Assembly: GCA_000388065.2 (NCBI GenBank)
Contig: KB932203.1
DNA: 25,376 bases
Source: Fonticula alba ATCC 38817
Taxonomy: Eukaryota > Protista > Nucleariida
Strand: one strand, 5' to 3'
Below the pieces are notes generated by a model. The model had not been told where the DNA came from. It made no database searches and worked only from the letters and a program-made list of their open reading frames with translations. How positions within the stretch are numbered: the first letter of the stretch is position 1; each line of letters begins with the position of its first letter. Of the stretch, positions 9,419 through 19,818 are shown piece by piece. A program made the translations under genes and the position numbers.

Positions 9419-10941
9419 ATGGTACATGCACACGCGACCTGCCCCGCTCCCGCCACTTCTCCTTCACTCTTTCCCCTCCTCCAGCCCAGCTGGGGCCACT
9501 TACCCTTTGCTGTCTTTTCACCCTCGCTCCCGCTCCCTGCCTTGTGTTGCAGTTTGCCTCCCGGGAGTTCGTCTCGCCAGAGGGTCTCCGCCTGGATGGG
9601 CGGCGAGTCAATGAGCTCCGGCGCCTGCGTGTGCGCTCCGGCCCGCTGACCGATGCCGACGGCTCCTCCTACCTCGAGCTCGGTAATACTCGCGTTCTGG
9701 TGGCCGTGTATGGCCCGCGCGAGGTGCGTGCCCCCTCCTCGCTGGCCCTCGATCCAGGCTCCGCGCTTTGATGTGTGCCCCCACGCTGGCGCTCTTGCCC
9801 TTTGCTTGCCTTTTTTATTCAAACATATCCACCCGCCCACTCATCCACCCACACACACACACACACGCAGGTCTCCAGTGCCAAGGCCGCGCGCCAGACC
9901 ACCCAGTCCAGTGACCGTGCCACGGTGTGCTGCCAGTTCAGCATGGCCACTTTCAGTGGTGGCGAGCGTCGCCGCAAGATCAAGGGTGACCGGTACGTGC
10001 CGCCCTTGTGGGTGTTCCTTCTCGCTGCTCGCTGGCCAAGCGCCGCACGCCCGGGCACGCGCTCGCGCATGTCCACACGCCATCGGCCCTCCTTCTCTAA
10101 CCGGACACCGGCCTCGCGAATAGCCGCACCATGAGCCACGCATCGGCCCTGGAGAAGGCCTTTTCCTCGACCATTGCCATTGATAAGATCCCCCCGCGGT
10201 CGCAAATTGACATCTTCGTCGAGGTTCTCCAGTCCGATGGCGGAATGCTTGTGGCCTGCATCAATGCCACAACCCTGGCCCTGATCGACGCTGGCATCGA
10301 GATCCGTGACTACCTGTGTGGTGCGTCTGGCCTTGCATCACGCCTCTCTCTCTCTCCCTCCCTCCCTCTCTCTCTCTCTCTCTCGCTCCTTTTCTCTCGC
10401 CCCCCTCCCCCTTAAGCTGCCACTTGTTATCGGTCCAACCGGTCCATCCTGCTCCTTTGAGGGTCCTATTTTTCTCACCCTCGACCCCTGTTCCGCGCTT
10501 GCAGCCTCCTCTTCGGCTCTGCTCAATGATATCACCGTCATCGACCCGAACCAGAACGAAGAGCAGTCTTTCGGCGGCTCGCCGACGGCCACCGTTGCCG
10601 TGCTCCCGGTGACCGGCGGTGTGGTGTACCTGGATGTGCGTCGTTGTACATGTGCATTTGTCTCTTTTTTTTCTCCCCCCCCCCCCTCACTCCGCTCCCG
10701 TCGGGCTTCCATTGTCTGACTTGTATCCCCGCCGGCCACCTCGCGATCCCCCCCAAATCCACCCGGCCACCTATCCTGCAACCGCTCGCAGGTGGATACC
10801 CGCCTGCACATCGACCGGTTAGAGGAGCTGGTCAACCAGGCTACCACCGGGGCCCTGACCATCCACACCCTGCTGGAGAAGGTGGTCCGCGACCGGACCC
10901 AGAGCACCGTCTCCACCACGTCGGCCCAGCAAAATGCCTGA
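9419..10941 (+). CDS. EXOSC4: Exosome core subunit RRP41 (RNase PH fold), ~257 aa; exons 9419-9421, 9553-9723, 9871-9992, 10124-10320, 10505-10635, 10792-10941
   Basis: Motifs SPEGLRLDGRRVNELR, DGSSYLELGNTRVLVAVYGPRE, FSMATFSGGERR, PRSQIDIFVEVLQSDGG..ACINATTLALIDAGI. Six phase-compatible exons give 774 nt. Confidence 0.95.
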
Positions 10942-11462
10942 GGTTGCCGGCGTGAGCCAAAGCTCCCCCCCCCCCNNNNNNNNNNNNNNNNNNNNNNNNN
11001 NNNNNNNNNNNNNNNNNNNNNNNNNNNNNNNNNNNNNNNNNNNNNNNNNNNNNNNNNNNNNNNNNNNNNNNNNNNNNNNNNNNNNNNNNNNNNNNNNNNN
11101 NNNNNNNNNNNNNNNNNNNNNNNNNNNNNNNNNNNNNNNNNNNNNNNNNNNNNNNNNNNNNNNNNNNNNNNNNNNNNNNNNNNNNNNNNNNNNNNNNNNN
11201 NNNNNNNNNNNNNNNNNNNNNNNNNNNNNNNNNNNNNNNNCCCCCCCCCCCCCCGTCCCCCCGATGGGGTCTCTCCCCGCTCGCCGCCCTTGTCAGTGCA
11301 CTCGCACATATATACCCACATTCATACTTCCACACATGCACATGCGCGCGCGGGAGCATGCACCCGGGGCACGCTCACCATGCGGGACTCCGGGCACCTG
11401 ACTCAGGTGCAATCGCCTCAGCTCCACGCAGGCATTTGACAGGACTCGGGAAAATCTACTCT

Positions 11463-13288
11463 CTATGGCTGATGGTGGCCGTCGGGGATGGCGGTGGCGG
11501 TCGCCGCCGGGCGGGGATGCTGGAAGCATACAAGGTGCGTGTTGTCCTCCCTTTGCCCCTTGTGTTGCCCCCCGTCGGGCATGCGGTCGGGGGATAGGGA
11601 GACTGTGTCGTCATTGTGTCCATCGGGCTCGTGGTCGCCGCCCGGACCATGGCCGTTGTCATGGCCACGGGTGTAGTTGTTGGTGTTGTCGTCGTCATCG
11701 TCGTCATCATCGGCGCTATCTCCGTCAGAGGAAGTGCCATCGTCCTCGAAGGCCAGATGGAAGGCCTCCGACGCGGCGTGCCGGGTGTCCAGGCAGTCGG
11801 ACTGCCCGTCGGTGGCTGGCAGGTCGCCGCTAAGTGTGGTGATGGTGATGTGCCGGGTGCTTAGCAGGCCTGGAGGGATATCCCGGGGAGAAAGGGCGAA
11901 GGAAAGGGGGAGGGCAGGCCGAGCCGGTCGCTTGGTCAGCATGGGGCACAGGAGACAGGGAGCAAGATGGCAAGAGGGCAGGAGAGTAGGAGCGCAGGAT
12001 CGATCGATGCTGAGTGGGGCATGTGCGCATGCACACAACCATGCAGGGTGCCCGGGATTTCCCACCCCGTGCCAGGAGATTGGGGGGGGGGGGGGGGGGT
12101 GCTCAAAAAAGGGAGAGGGGCGCACCAATGCAAAGATCGCATATCCGCTGCGGCGAGTTCCCAAAGCCCGGCAGGTAAAACCGGTGCGGCGAGCAGGGGC
12201 CACACACAACCCGACCGCACTTCCGGCAGTGGTGCTGCAGGCCCAAGAGAAAGGAAGGGGACAGCAGGAGCGCGAGGTTTTGGCCAAGCAGGAGGCACGT
12301 GTGTGCGTGTGTGTGTGTGTGTGTGTGTGAGGGGGGGAGGTGGGAGGGGAAAAGGGCGAGGCGACAGGGGCAGAGGGAGGGGAGGATGGCGCGCATTCCC
12401 ACTTCAAGGGCGCGATCGGCATCACCCCGGGGACCGGTGGACAGGTGCGTACCCGCCGACGAAAGAGAGTGAAGCGCGTGGTTCGACAGACCATGCAGTT
12501 GCCGGCCAGCTTGTCGGGCACCCACACCGCGGCGAGGGACACCGAACCGCCCATGCGCTCCGGAAGGGTGAAATGCGTCAGGGCCCCGAGCCAGGCGTCT
12601 CGCTCGTCGGCCGAGGCGCAGAAGACCTGGAAGGATCGCCCGGGGGTGCTGATTTGGAAGCCGAATTGCAAATCGGCTGCATCCGCGACCAAATGGGCCA
12701 CACGTGGCGGGCAGCAACAAGGTGAGGGGGCCATCCATGCGCGTTTGTGTGCATATGTGCGTGTGCATATGTGCGTGTGCATATGTGCGTGTGCATATGT
12801 GCGTGTGCAACGCACCGTGGCCAGTCACCGGCTTGACGACCATCGCATGGTACGACAGGAGGACCCCGTTGACGCAGCGCAGTGGAAGGAGGGGCGTGCT
12901 GGCAGGGGGGGCATGGGCCTTGCCAGCGCCATCGGCTCCCAGCTCCGATGGCCCTGCCTGCCCGGTGATGGTGCCTCCGCGCCCGGAGATGATGGTTCCA
13001 TAGACCAGGGCATCGTTGAAGAGCACAAAGTGCCGGCACTTGGGCTGCTTACGGCACTGCTTCAGCAGCGGGCCATCCATGAGGAACACCCGCCCGGGGG
13101 AGGTTGAAATCTGTCCCGGCGAGGGGGGAGGGGGGAAGTCAGCGAAAATGTGGCAGCACGCGCGCCCATGCCCAGGGTGGAGGGGGCGGCGGCGGCGGCG
13201 GCAGTGGGGGGGGGGGGGACCCGCAGACGCACATCGAGGTCCAAGAAGGCCGCCTGGGCAAGGCCCAGTAGATGGGTGTTGGCCGGGG
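11463..13288 (-). CDS. PLEKHF2: Phafin/PLEKHF1-2-like PH+FYVE protein with C-terminal poly-Asp tract, 5' end hidden by gap; exons <13288-13233, 13110-12816, 12676-12453, 12234-12126, 11869-11463
   Basis: PH domain: PGRVFLMDGPLLKQCRKQPKCRHFVLFNDALVYGTI...FQISTPGRSFQVFCASADERDAWL. FYVE domain: AAVWVPD..CMVC...RRRHHCRKCGRVVCGPCS...RICDLC. These are followed by SDGDSADDDDDDD. Order and motifs match remembered Phafin2. Confidence 0.88.
12747..12809. repeat. 14-bp minisatellite (GTGTGCATATGTGC) x4.5 in a PLEKHF intron
   Basis: Four perfect copies plus a partial copy, read directly. Confidence 0.95.
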
Positions 13289-14047
13289 NNNNNNNNNNNN
13301 NNNNNNNNNNNNNNNNNNNNNGGGGGGGGGGGGGGGAGAGAGGGATCTGTGTGGCAGGGATGGGTCTCTCTCTCTTTCTATGGAGAACAGGCTTCCCAAG
13401 CCCCTGGCGTGTGCGGGCGACTGTGATTTGAACCCGGCTGGCGGCCTGGGCGAGTGCGCCACATGCCAACGGAGAGCCGTGGCTGCCTGGCCCGCATGGT
13501 GGAGCGCGCCCGCCGCGGCCGGGGCGCGCTCGTGACTCTCAATTAATCACACACGGTCAACTGTCAGGCCAGCGTTCGCCGGTCCCTCCTGCCACCGGCG
13601 CATCCACATCCGCATCCACAGTCGACTGGCGGGCACGCCCGCCTGCGGGCTAGAGCCGCCCGATCGAGCGGAGAGGCCCCGGGCCGAGGGGGCGGGCGCC
13701 GCACCCGCGGTGCGTGTGGGTGCGTATGAGAGCCGACACCGACACCCGGGCAGCGGCGCGAAGTGGCATATTACCCGGGCAGGGAGGGGGGCGGGGTGGG
13801 GCACGGCACATTGAGTCCGCACACGTCCGCGGTGTCGGGGCCACTTTTCTCGATCAACCCTGGTCCTGGCGGGGGAGCAGGCGGGATCGCGAAACCATCC
13901 TCCTCCTCTGCCCCTCCCAGCTCCCCATCCGCCGGCCCGGTTCTTGGCCCCGTCCCTCTCCTTTGCCCCTCGCCCCCTCGCCTCCCCGCCCCCTCGCCTC
14001 CTCGCCTTCCCCCCCCTCCCCCTCCCAGACATCTTAACACCCATCGG

Positions 14048-15998
14048 ATGGCCATGATGCGGCGACCGACCGCGCGTCTGCTCGGCCTCCTGGCGCTGGC
14101 GCTGGTGCTGCTCGGCGAGACTGGCCGGGCGGAAGTTGCCGCGGCGCCGGCCGAGCCGCTGCTTGGCCCGCGTTCCGATGCCGAGCTCCTCCTCCACCGG
14201 CGCAGCCTCTCGGCCGCCGGCTCCGGAGCCGCCCGCCCGCGGGAGTTCAGCTTCACCCTGCGCGACGTCCTCATCGAAATGGCCCCGGAACATCGGTCCT
14301 CCGAGGGGGATCTCTCATCGGAGGTGCGCATGTTGCTGCCGGCCGCCGCGGCACTTCCGGATCTCCGGCTCTCGCGCTTGTGCTGACACCCACCGCCTTG
14401 GCCTCCCGCTTGCCGGGCCTCCCTTCGCGCCGGGCAGTCCGGGCCGCTTCCGCTCCCTCGGGACCGCTTTGTGGTCGGCGTGCTGCCGGGCACACGGCAG
14501 AAGCTCTCGGCGCCGGTGCTCACCCCGCGCGGGGCCGCCCCGACTCCCGGCCAGGCCGACTCCGACCCCGGGCACTGGTACTGGCGGGCGGACAGCAGTG
14601 CCCCGCGCTATCCGGTCTACAGCCAGACGCAAGGCGGCCCGGGTGACGTGGGCTCACCGCCGGCCAGCCCGGTCGGCTTCAAGCGTGCCCTGCTGGCTGG
14701 CGTGGCCATGACCCTGGCCAGTGAGATCGGCGATAAGACCTTCTTCCTGGCGGCCATCCTGGCCATGAAGCTGTGCGTCCCGCCGACCGCGTCGAGCGCC
14801 GGCTCCTCTCTGCCTTTCTCTCTGCCTTCCTCTCTGCCTTTCTCTCTGCCTCTTTGGGTCTGCCCTGCTGCTTCCTCCTGCGGCTCCGGTGCCTTCGCGC
14901 TGACGCCATCATGCGGACATGCCACAGCCCGCGACTGCACATCTGGCTCGGGGCCTGGGGCGCGCTGGCCTTCATGACGGTTCTCTCGTGCGCCCTCGGC
15001 GTGGCGGCGCCCGTGCTCTTCCCCCCGTGGCTGGTGACCTGGTCGGCCATCGCCCTGTTTTTGGTGTGCGGCGTGCGCGGCATCCTCGAGTGGCGTACCA
15101 TGGAGGAGGACGCCTCGGAGGAGCTGGCCGAAGTGGAGGCCGAAGTGAAGGCCCACTTCAAGCAGGACGCCGAGGGCCCGGGCTCGGAGTCCTCCTCCAC
15201 AGGGCCGGCCTCGATGGCCAGCGCCCCCTCCAAGGCCCAGGTCCTGGACCCGGAGCTGGGCCTGCCGGCCGACGATGCCAAGGGGGTGGCCCATGCTGCC
15301 ACCTCCTCCACCCCGGCCGAGGTGAGCAGCGCGGCCCGGTCGGTGGTGCGGTCTCTCCGGGCCTGTGTCGCTGGGGTCCAGCAAGTTTTACGCCCGGTGA
15401 CCAGCCTCATCCCGGTGGCCGTGTTGAATACCTTCATGATGGTGGTCGTGGCCGAGTGGGGGGACCGCTCGCAGATCACCACCATGGCCCTGGCTGCGGC
15501 GCAGGTGCGTTGCCGAGAGGGCTGCGGGGCCGCGGGGCTGCGGCTTCTGCTTCCCCTCCTGCCTCCTGCCTCCTGCCCGGCGACTTGGCCGTGACTCCGG
15601 TCCCTCCAGCAATGACCCATGCTTGATCGCTGACATCCTCCTGTTCGCCCTTGCCGGGTGGTGCTCCCTCCTCCCTTGGGCTGGGTCCCGGGCCCCTCTC
15701 GCAGAACATCTATGGCGTGACCATCGGCTCGCTGCTGGGCCATGCCATGTGCACCGGCATCGCGGTGGTCGGCGGGCGTCTCCTTGCCGAGCGGGTGTCC
15801 ATCAAGGCCGGTACGTGCAAGGTTCCTCCCCGCCGCAGGGCGTTTCGCTTCCTCCCTGTGCCTTGGCCGGCATCCGGTCTGACAGCCCCGGCCACACCTT
15901 GCGCCTCCGGCCACACAGTCACATTGATTGGGTCCGTCCTCTTCATCATGTTCGGTCTGTTTGGCGCCTTCCGGGCCGTGGTTCCCGGGGCCGCATGA
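14048..15998 (+). CDS. TMEM165: GDT1/TMEM165 (UPF0016) Ca2+/Mn2+ transporter, ~436 aa; exons 14048-14323, 14501-14772, 14928-15504, 15705-15810, 15919-15998
   Basis: Signal-peptide-like N-terminus (RLLGLLALALVLLG). Two family motifs, SEIGDKTFF and AEWGDRSQ, flank an acidic loop. C-terminus GSLLGHAMCTGIAVVGGRLLAERVS...IGSVLFIMFG. 1311 nt in frame. Confidence 0.93.
14806..14851. repeat. 12-bp tandem repeat (CTCTCTGCCTTY) x~4 in GDT1 intron 2
   Basis: Read directly. Confidence 0.9.
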
Positions 15999-16992
15999 TG
16001 CCCCTAGTGGGGGAGACATGGTCACCGGAAGCACACGCGCATGCCGCTCGCCGGGACAATCAAGAGAAGGGGCACGGTGTGCATGCCTGGGGAGGAGGGG
16101 GGGAGGCCAGGGGAGGGTGGCCGGCAACGGCCCCCGGCGTGATGCCCGCGCGTCCCCCTCTCCTCCCCTGTGGTGTCCCTTCTCTTGCTTGTGATTTCTT
16201 CGGCGCGCTGCACTCTCCGGCAACGAGTCACCCTGCCGAACTTCCGGGGTTTCCCCCTTCGAAGTACACAAACAACAAACAAAGAATACAAGTATCTTAT
16301 GAGTGAGTCCTCCGGGGAGAGTTGTCTGGCGGGGGTTGGGTCGCCGGGGGGGGGGGGGGGGGGGGGGCGACCAGTGGCCGTGCATCGTGCACCGAGCCCC
16401 TTGAGGCCTCCCCCGCTCCTGGGTCATGTGATGGCCATTCCGAAAGGTCCTCCCACAGTCCTCGATCGAGACGAGATCGTCTCGCTGAAGTGCGACCCCT
16501 GGCGTGGATAAAAAAAAAGGCGTGCGCGGGGGCCTGCGCGATCTTGTCAACATGCCCCACCAAACGGGCAACGGCCGGACGGGCGGAGCGACAAAAAAGC
16601 AGGGCGCCGGGGCCGGAGGGCGACGCAAGGCGACTCCCCTTTTGCTGGGCCAATTCCGGGAGGAATGTATATCCCTCAGGAGGACGGCAGGTTCGCCTCA
16701 GGGGCGGCGGCAGCGGGGGTGGTGGCGGTAGTGGGGGGGGAGGGGGGGGGGGCTGCGTGTGGCCAATCTACAGGCACCCCCCCTAGTCCGGCCTCTTCCA
16801 TGAGGTGCGCCGGCCGGCAAGCTGGCTCTCAAGCCGGACGGGCAGGGTCCCGGGGGAGGGGTGGGGACGTGGGGGTCCGACCGCATATGGCAGCACTCAG
16901 GACCCGCCAGCAACGAGATCAGAGCCCCTCAAGAGCCCCCGCCCCCACGAGTGCGGGCGCCTCCTTCAACGCACGGGCACCCCCACCCACTC

Positions 16993-17024
<32 letters not shown>

Positions 17025-17145
17025 CTGACCTTCCAGTCTCCCCACTTCTCCTCCTGCCTCTTTCTCTCTCTCTCTCTCTCTCTCCTGCTCCTCTCTACCT
17101 TGCCCCGGCGCCTGTGCATGCACACACACACGCAGTATCAGGCCG

Positions 17146-19245
17146 ATGAAACACCCGCCTGCCCTCCCACCGCCGGGCGGCTGTCGACACACCCCGGCCG
17201 GACTGCTGGCCCGAGCTGACGCCGCCACCCTGGGCCGATCGTGCGGCGTATGCACCCATGTGGCGCTGCCCACCGGCCGGGCCCTCTCGCTGGCCCGGCG
17301 CCCGACGGAGATCCTGTCAGTCCGGGTCCCGGTGACCGGCGAAACGGCACGCGGCGGCCTGGGCCGCCCCTCGCCCCGGCGCCTGCGCTGGCGCCTGAGC
17401 CCGGCGGTCTTGCGCCCGGCTCCGGAGCTGGCCGCCGGAACGTCGGCCCCGGCCGAGGCCCCGGCCTCCGGCCAATCGGTCTACGCCCTGGAGTATTCCC
17501 CCTGCGGGGGGTACCTGGTGGCATGTGCTTCGGATGGCGGCGTGCATCTCTTTGACGCGGCCTCCACGGAGTTGCTGCTGTCGGTGCCGCACGCGCACTC
17601 GGTCGGCCCCTTCGGCGGCACCGCGGCCAATTGCGTGGTCTTCTTCCGGCGCCGGTGCTCGTCGGAGGATGCGCCGGAGGATGCGCCGGAGGATGCGCCG
17701 GAGGATGCGCCGACCCCGGGGGCCGGTGCCGGCCCGGGCGAAATGTACTTCGCCACGGCCGGCGACGATGGGGCCGTGCGCCTCTGGCACCTGGCTGGCC
17801 TGCTGGCGGTCCTCGATCAAGTTGGCGCGCCGGCCGTCCTGCCGTATGACACCCTGCGAGTTGGGCACCCCGGCTGTGTGGTCGGCCCCGGGCTCGGGGA
17901 GGACCCGCACCATCGGGATTGGATCAAGGGGCTGGCCATGCTGCCGGCCCCGCTGGACCCCGGGCTGCGCCTGCTGGCTTCCTGTGGCATGGACGGCGCC
18001 TTCCGGCTGTGGGACCTGGAGGTTCTGCTGGGCGGCCAGCCGGCCGCCCGGGCCCCGAGTGTCGACCCGGAGGCCGACGCGCCGGAGCTCTGGAATACCG
18101 ACCCCTGTGCCCGGCTTTGGGGGCCCTCCTCGCCGGCATCCTCGGTCCAGGCCCCGGGCTCCGAGCCAAGCTCCAGCGCCAGCCCCGGCCACCTGGCGCG
18201 CCCTTGCGACTCGCCCGACACCACGGCCCCGACCGACACGGAGTCCGACTCGGACCTGGACCCGGACCCGGACCCGGGGTCCGGCTCGAGCTCATGCTCC
18301 GAGGCCTCGGATTCCGGCTCGGACACGGATGCCGACTTCTCGGGCGACAGCTCGCTCGATGACGAGGACTTCCTGGACAGCCTGGCGGCCGAGCAGGCCG
18401 GCGCGAGCCTGCCCCCCGGGTGCATCGCCTCGGTGGCCCTCGGGGGCACATGCGTCACCGCTCGTCTCAATGAGGACACCCTGCTCGGGTGCACCCTGCT
18501 CTCGGGCAATGTTGTGCTGGTGAGCTTGGCGGATCCGCTGCGCGCATGCCAGGCCCTGCGCGAGGCCCAGGCCCTGGGGCTGCCGGCCTTCGAGGCGGAC
18601 TTCGACCGGCCGGTGGGGGCGGCCCATGCGGCTCGCCGGGCCGGCGCCTACGAGTTGATGGTCTTCCCGGCCCCGGCCGGATGCATGGGCATCGCCATCA
18701 GCCTGTCGCCGGGGTGCTTCCACTCGGCCCCGGGGGCCCGGGCCCGAGTCGGGCCCTTCCGCCGGGATGCCTCGCACCGGGCCGGCGGCCATGGCCTGCT
18801 GGCGGTCCTCTACTCGGATGGCCGGCTGGCCCTCTTCGACCCGGGCTCCGGGGAGCTGCTCTTCTCGCAGCTCGTCGACCCGGCCATGCAGACGGCCGTC
18901 CCGTCGGCCGACATCCCCCGGCTTGCCACCACCCTGCGGTCGATGGCCTGGTCCCCGTGCGGGGGGTTCCTCTTTTGCCCGGCCGTCGGCCTGGGCCTGC
19001 TGGTGGTGGATGCCGGGGCCGTGGCCGCGGCTCGCATGGCCGCCAAGCCCGGGGCCCAGTGGGTCCCGGTCTCGGGGGGGGACTTCGCACGGCTGGTCCC
19101 CGATGACTCGGCCCTCGACTCCGGGTCCAGCCTCTTCTGCATGGCCAGCCGGCCGGCTCGCGGCCCGCCGGGCACCCCCGGGCCCCTGCAGCTGGCGGTC
19201 GGCAAGGAGACCGGCTGGATCGGTCTCTTCCAGGACCTGGTGTAG
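17146..19245 (+). CDS. WD40-repeat protein resembling DCAF10/WDR32 (CUL4-DDB1 substrate receptor-like), 699-aa uninterrupted ORF
   Basis: VYALEYSPCGGYLVACASDGGVHLFD...HAHS...ANCVVF...FATAGDDGAVRLW...HRDWIKGL...LLASCGMDGAFRLWDL follows the remembered DCAF10 repeat series (VFNLEYSPDG, AHEDCVNNIRF, FATCSDDTTIALW, HTSWVKNI, LLVTSGFDG). Orthology and the true start are uncertain; an upstream intron-like tract lies at 16980-17140. Confidence 0.7.
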   Translation: MKHPPALPPPGGCRHTPAGLLARADAATLGRSCGVCTHVALPTGRALSLARRPTEILSVRVPVTGETARGGLGRPSPRRLRWRLSPAVLRPAPELAAGTSAPAEAPASGQSVYALEYSPCGGYLVACASDGGVHLFDAASTELLLSVPHAHSVGPFGGTAANCVVFFRRRCSSEDAPEDAPEDAPEDAPTPGAGAGPGEMYFATAGDDGAVRLWHLAGLLAVLDQVGAPAVLPYDTLRVGHPGCVVGPGLGEDPHHRDWIKGLAMLPAPLDPGLRLLASCGMDGAFRLWDLEVLLGGQPAARAPSVDPEADAPELWNTDPCARLWGPSSPASSVQAPGSEPSSSASPGHLARPCDSPDTTAPTDTESDSDLDPDPDPGSGSSSCSEASDSGSDTDADFSGDSSLDDEDFLDSLAAEQAGASLPPGCIASVALGGTCVTARLNEDTLLGCTLLSGNVVLVSLADPLRACQALREAQALGLPAFEADFDRPVGAAHAARRAGAYELMVFPAPAGCMGIAISLSPGCFHSAPGARARVGPFRRDASHRAGGHGLLAVLYSDGRLALFDPGSGELLFSQLVDPAMQTAVPSADIPRLATTLRSMAWSPCGGFLFCPAVGLGLLVVDAGAVAAARMAAKPGAQWVPVSGGDFARLVPDDSALDSGSSLFCMASRPARGPPGTPGPLQLAVGKETGWIGLFQDLV
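17665..17712 (+). repeat. Coding 12-bp perfect tandem repeat (GAGGATGCGCCG) x4 encoding EDAP x4
   Basis: Read directly inside the WD40 ORF. Confidence 0.95.
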
Positions 19246-19818
19246 CCGGCCTCACTCGTGTGCCTGACCCTCCCTCTCCGCTCTCTCGCTCTCGCGCGCG
19301 CGCGCTCTCTCTCTCTCTCCGTCCTCTCGGCGAGAATACACGCTTCACTTGCCTTGGACGATTTCGCACACGCCAACTCCCTTTCTCCTCCCTCTTCCGG
19401 GGCCGGCCTCCGATGCCGCCATGTACTCTTGCCTGTCACGCGGGGCGGGGAGGTGGGTGGCGGCCTTTTTCAAGTACAGCGCCCGACAAGGGATTGTGCG
19501 GGGTCCTGCCGGCATCGAGCCCGCCGCATGTGGACCACGGCCAAGCATGGCCACTCTCCGCCACGGCCGGCGGCCCGACGTGTGTCGACACCATGCTCAG
19601 AGCCCTGCATTGATGTGTATTGTGCATGGGGGTGGGTGGGGGGGGGGAGGGAAAGAAACCGAAGAACAAACGCAACACTCGCGAATCGCCACCCCGCCGC
19701 CGCTGGCCCCTGGACCTTTCCCGCCGCGCCTCCGGGTGCCGGGGAAAGATGGCCGAGAGCGAGGGCGAGGGAGGAAGGCAGCTCCGCCCCCCCCCCCCCC
19801 CCCTGTGCTATATCCCCC

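Noticed and set aside
11500-11545. Plus-strand AAG|GTGCGT donor-like site suggesting an antisense gene over the PLEKHF last exon
   Set aside because: No coherent plus-strand coding exon surrounds it. The site is explained by the minus-strand coding sequence.
12747-12809. Regular 14-bp repeat as a CRISPR-like or functional array
   Set aside because: There are no spacers. It is a simple (CA/TG)-derived minisatellite inside a normal intron.
15322-15381. Possible in-frame 60-nt exitron in GDT1 exon 3 (GAG|GTGAGC...CAG|)
   Set aside because: It is much shorter than the other introns (97-255 nt), lacks a branch or pyrimidine tract, and would be the only +4A donor. The encoded residues fit the variable loop. 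RNA-seq would be needed.
2941-15998. Apparent endolysosomal/Ca2+ cluster (LAMTOR5, TMC, Phafin, TMEM165)
   Set aside because: The genes are interleaved with unrelated housekeeping genes, lie on mixed strands and share no visible motif. Chance adjacency is the simplest explanation.
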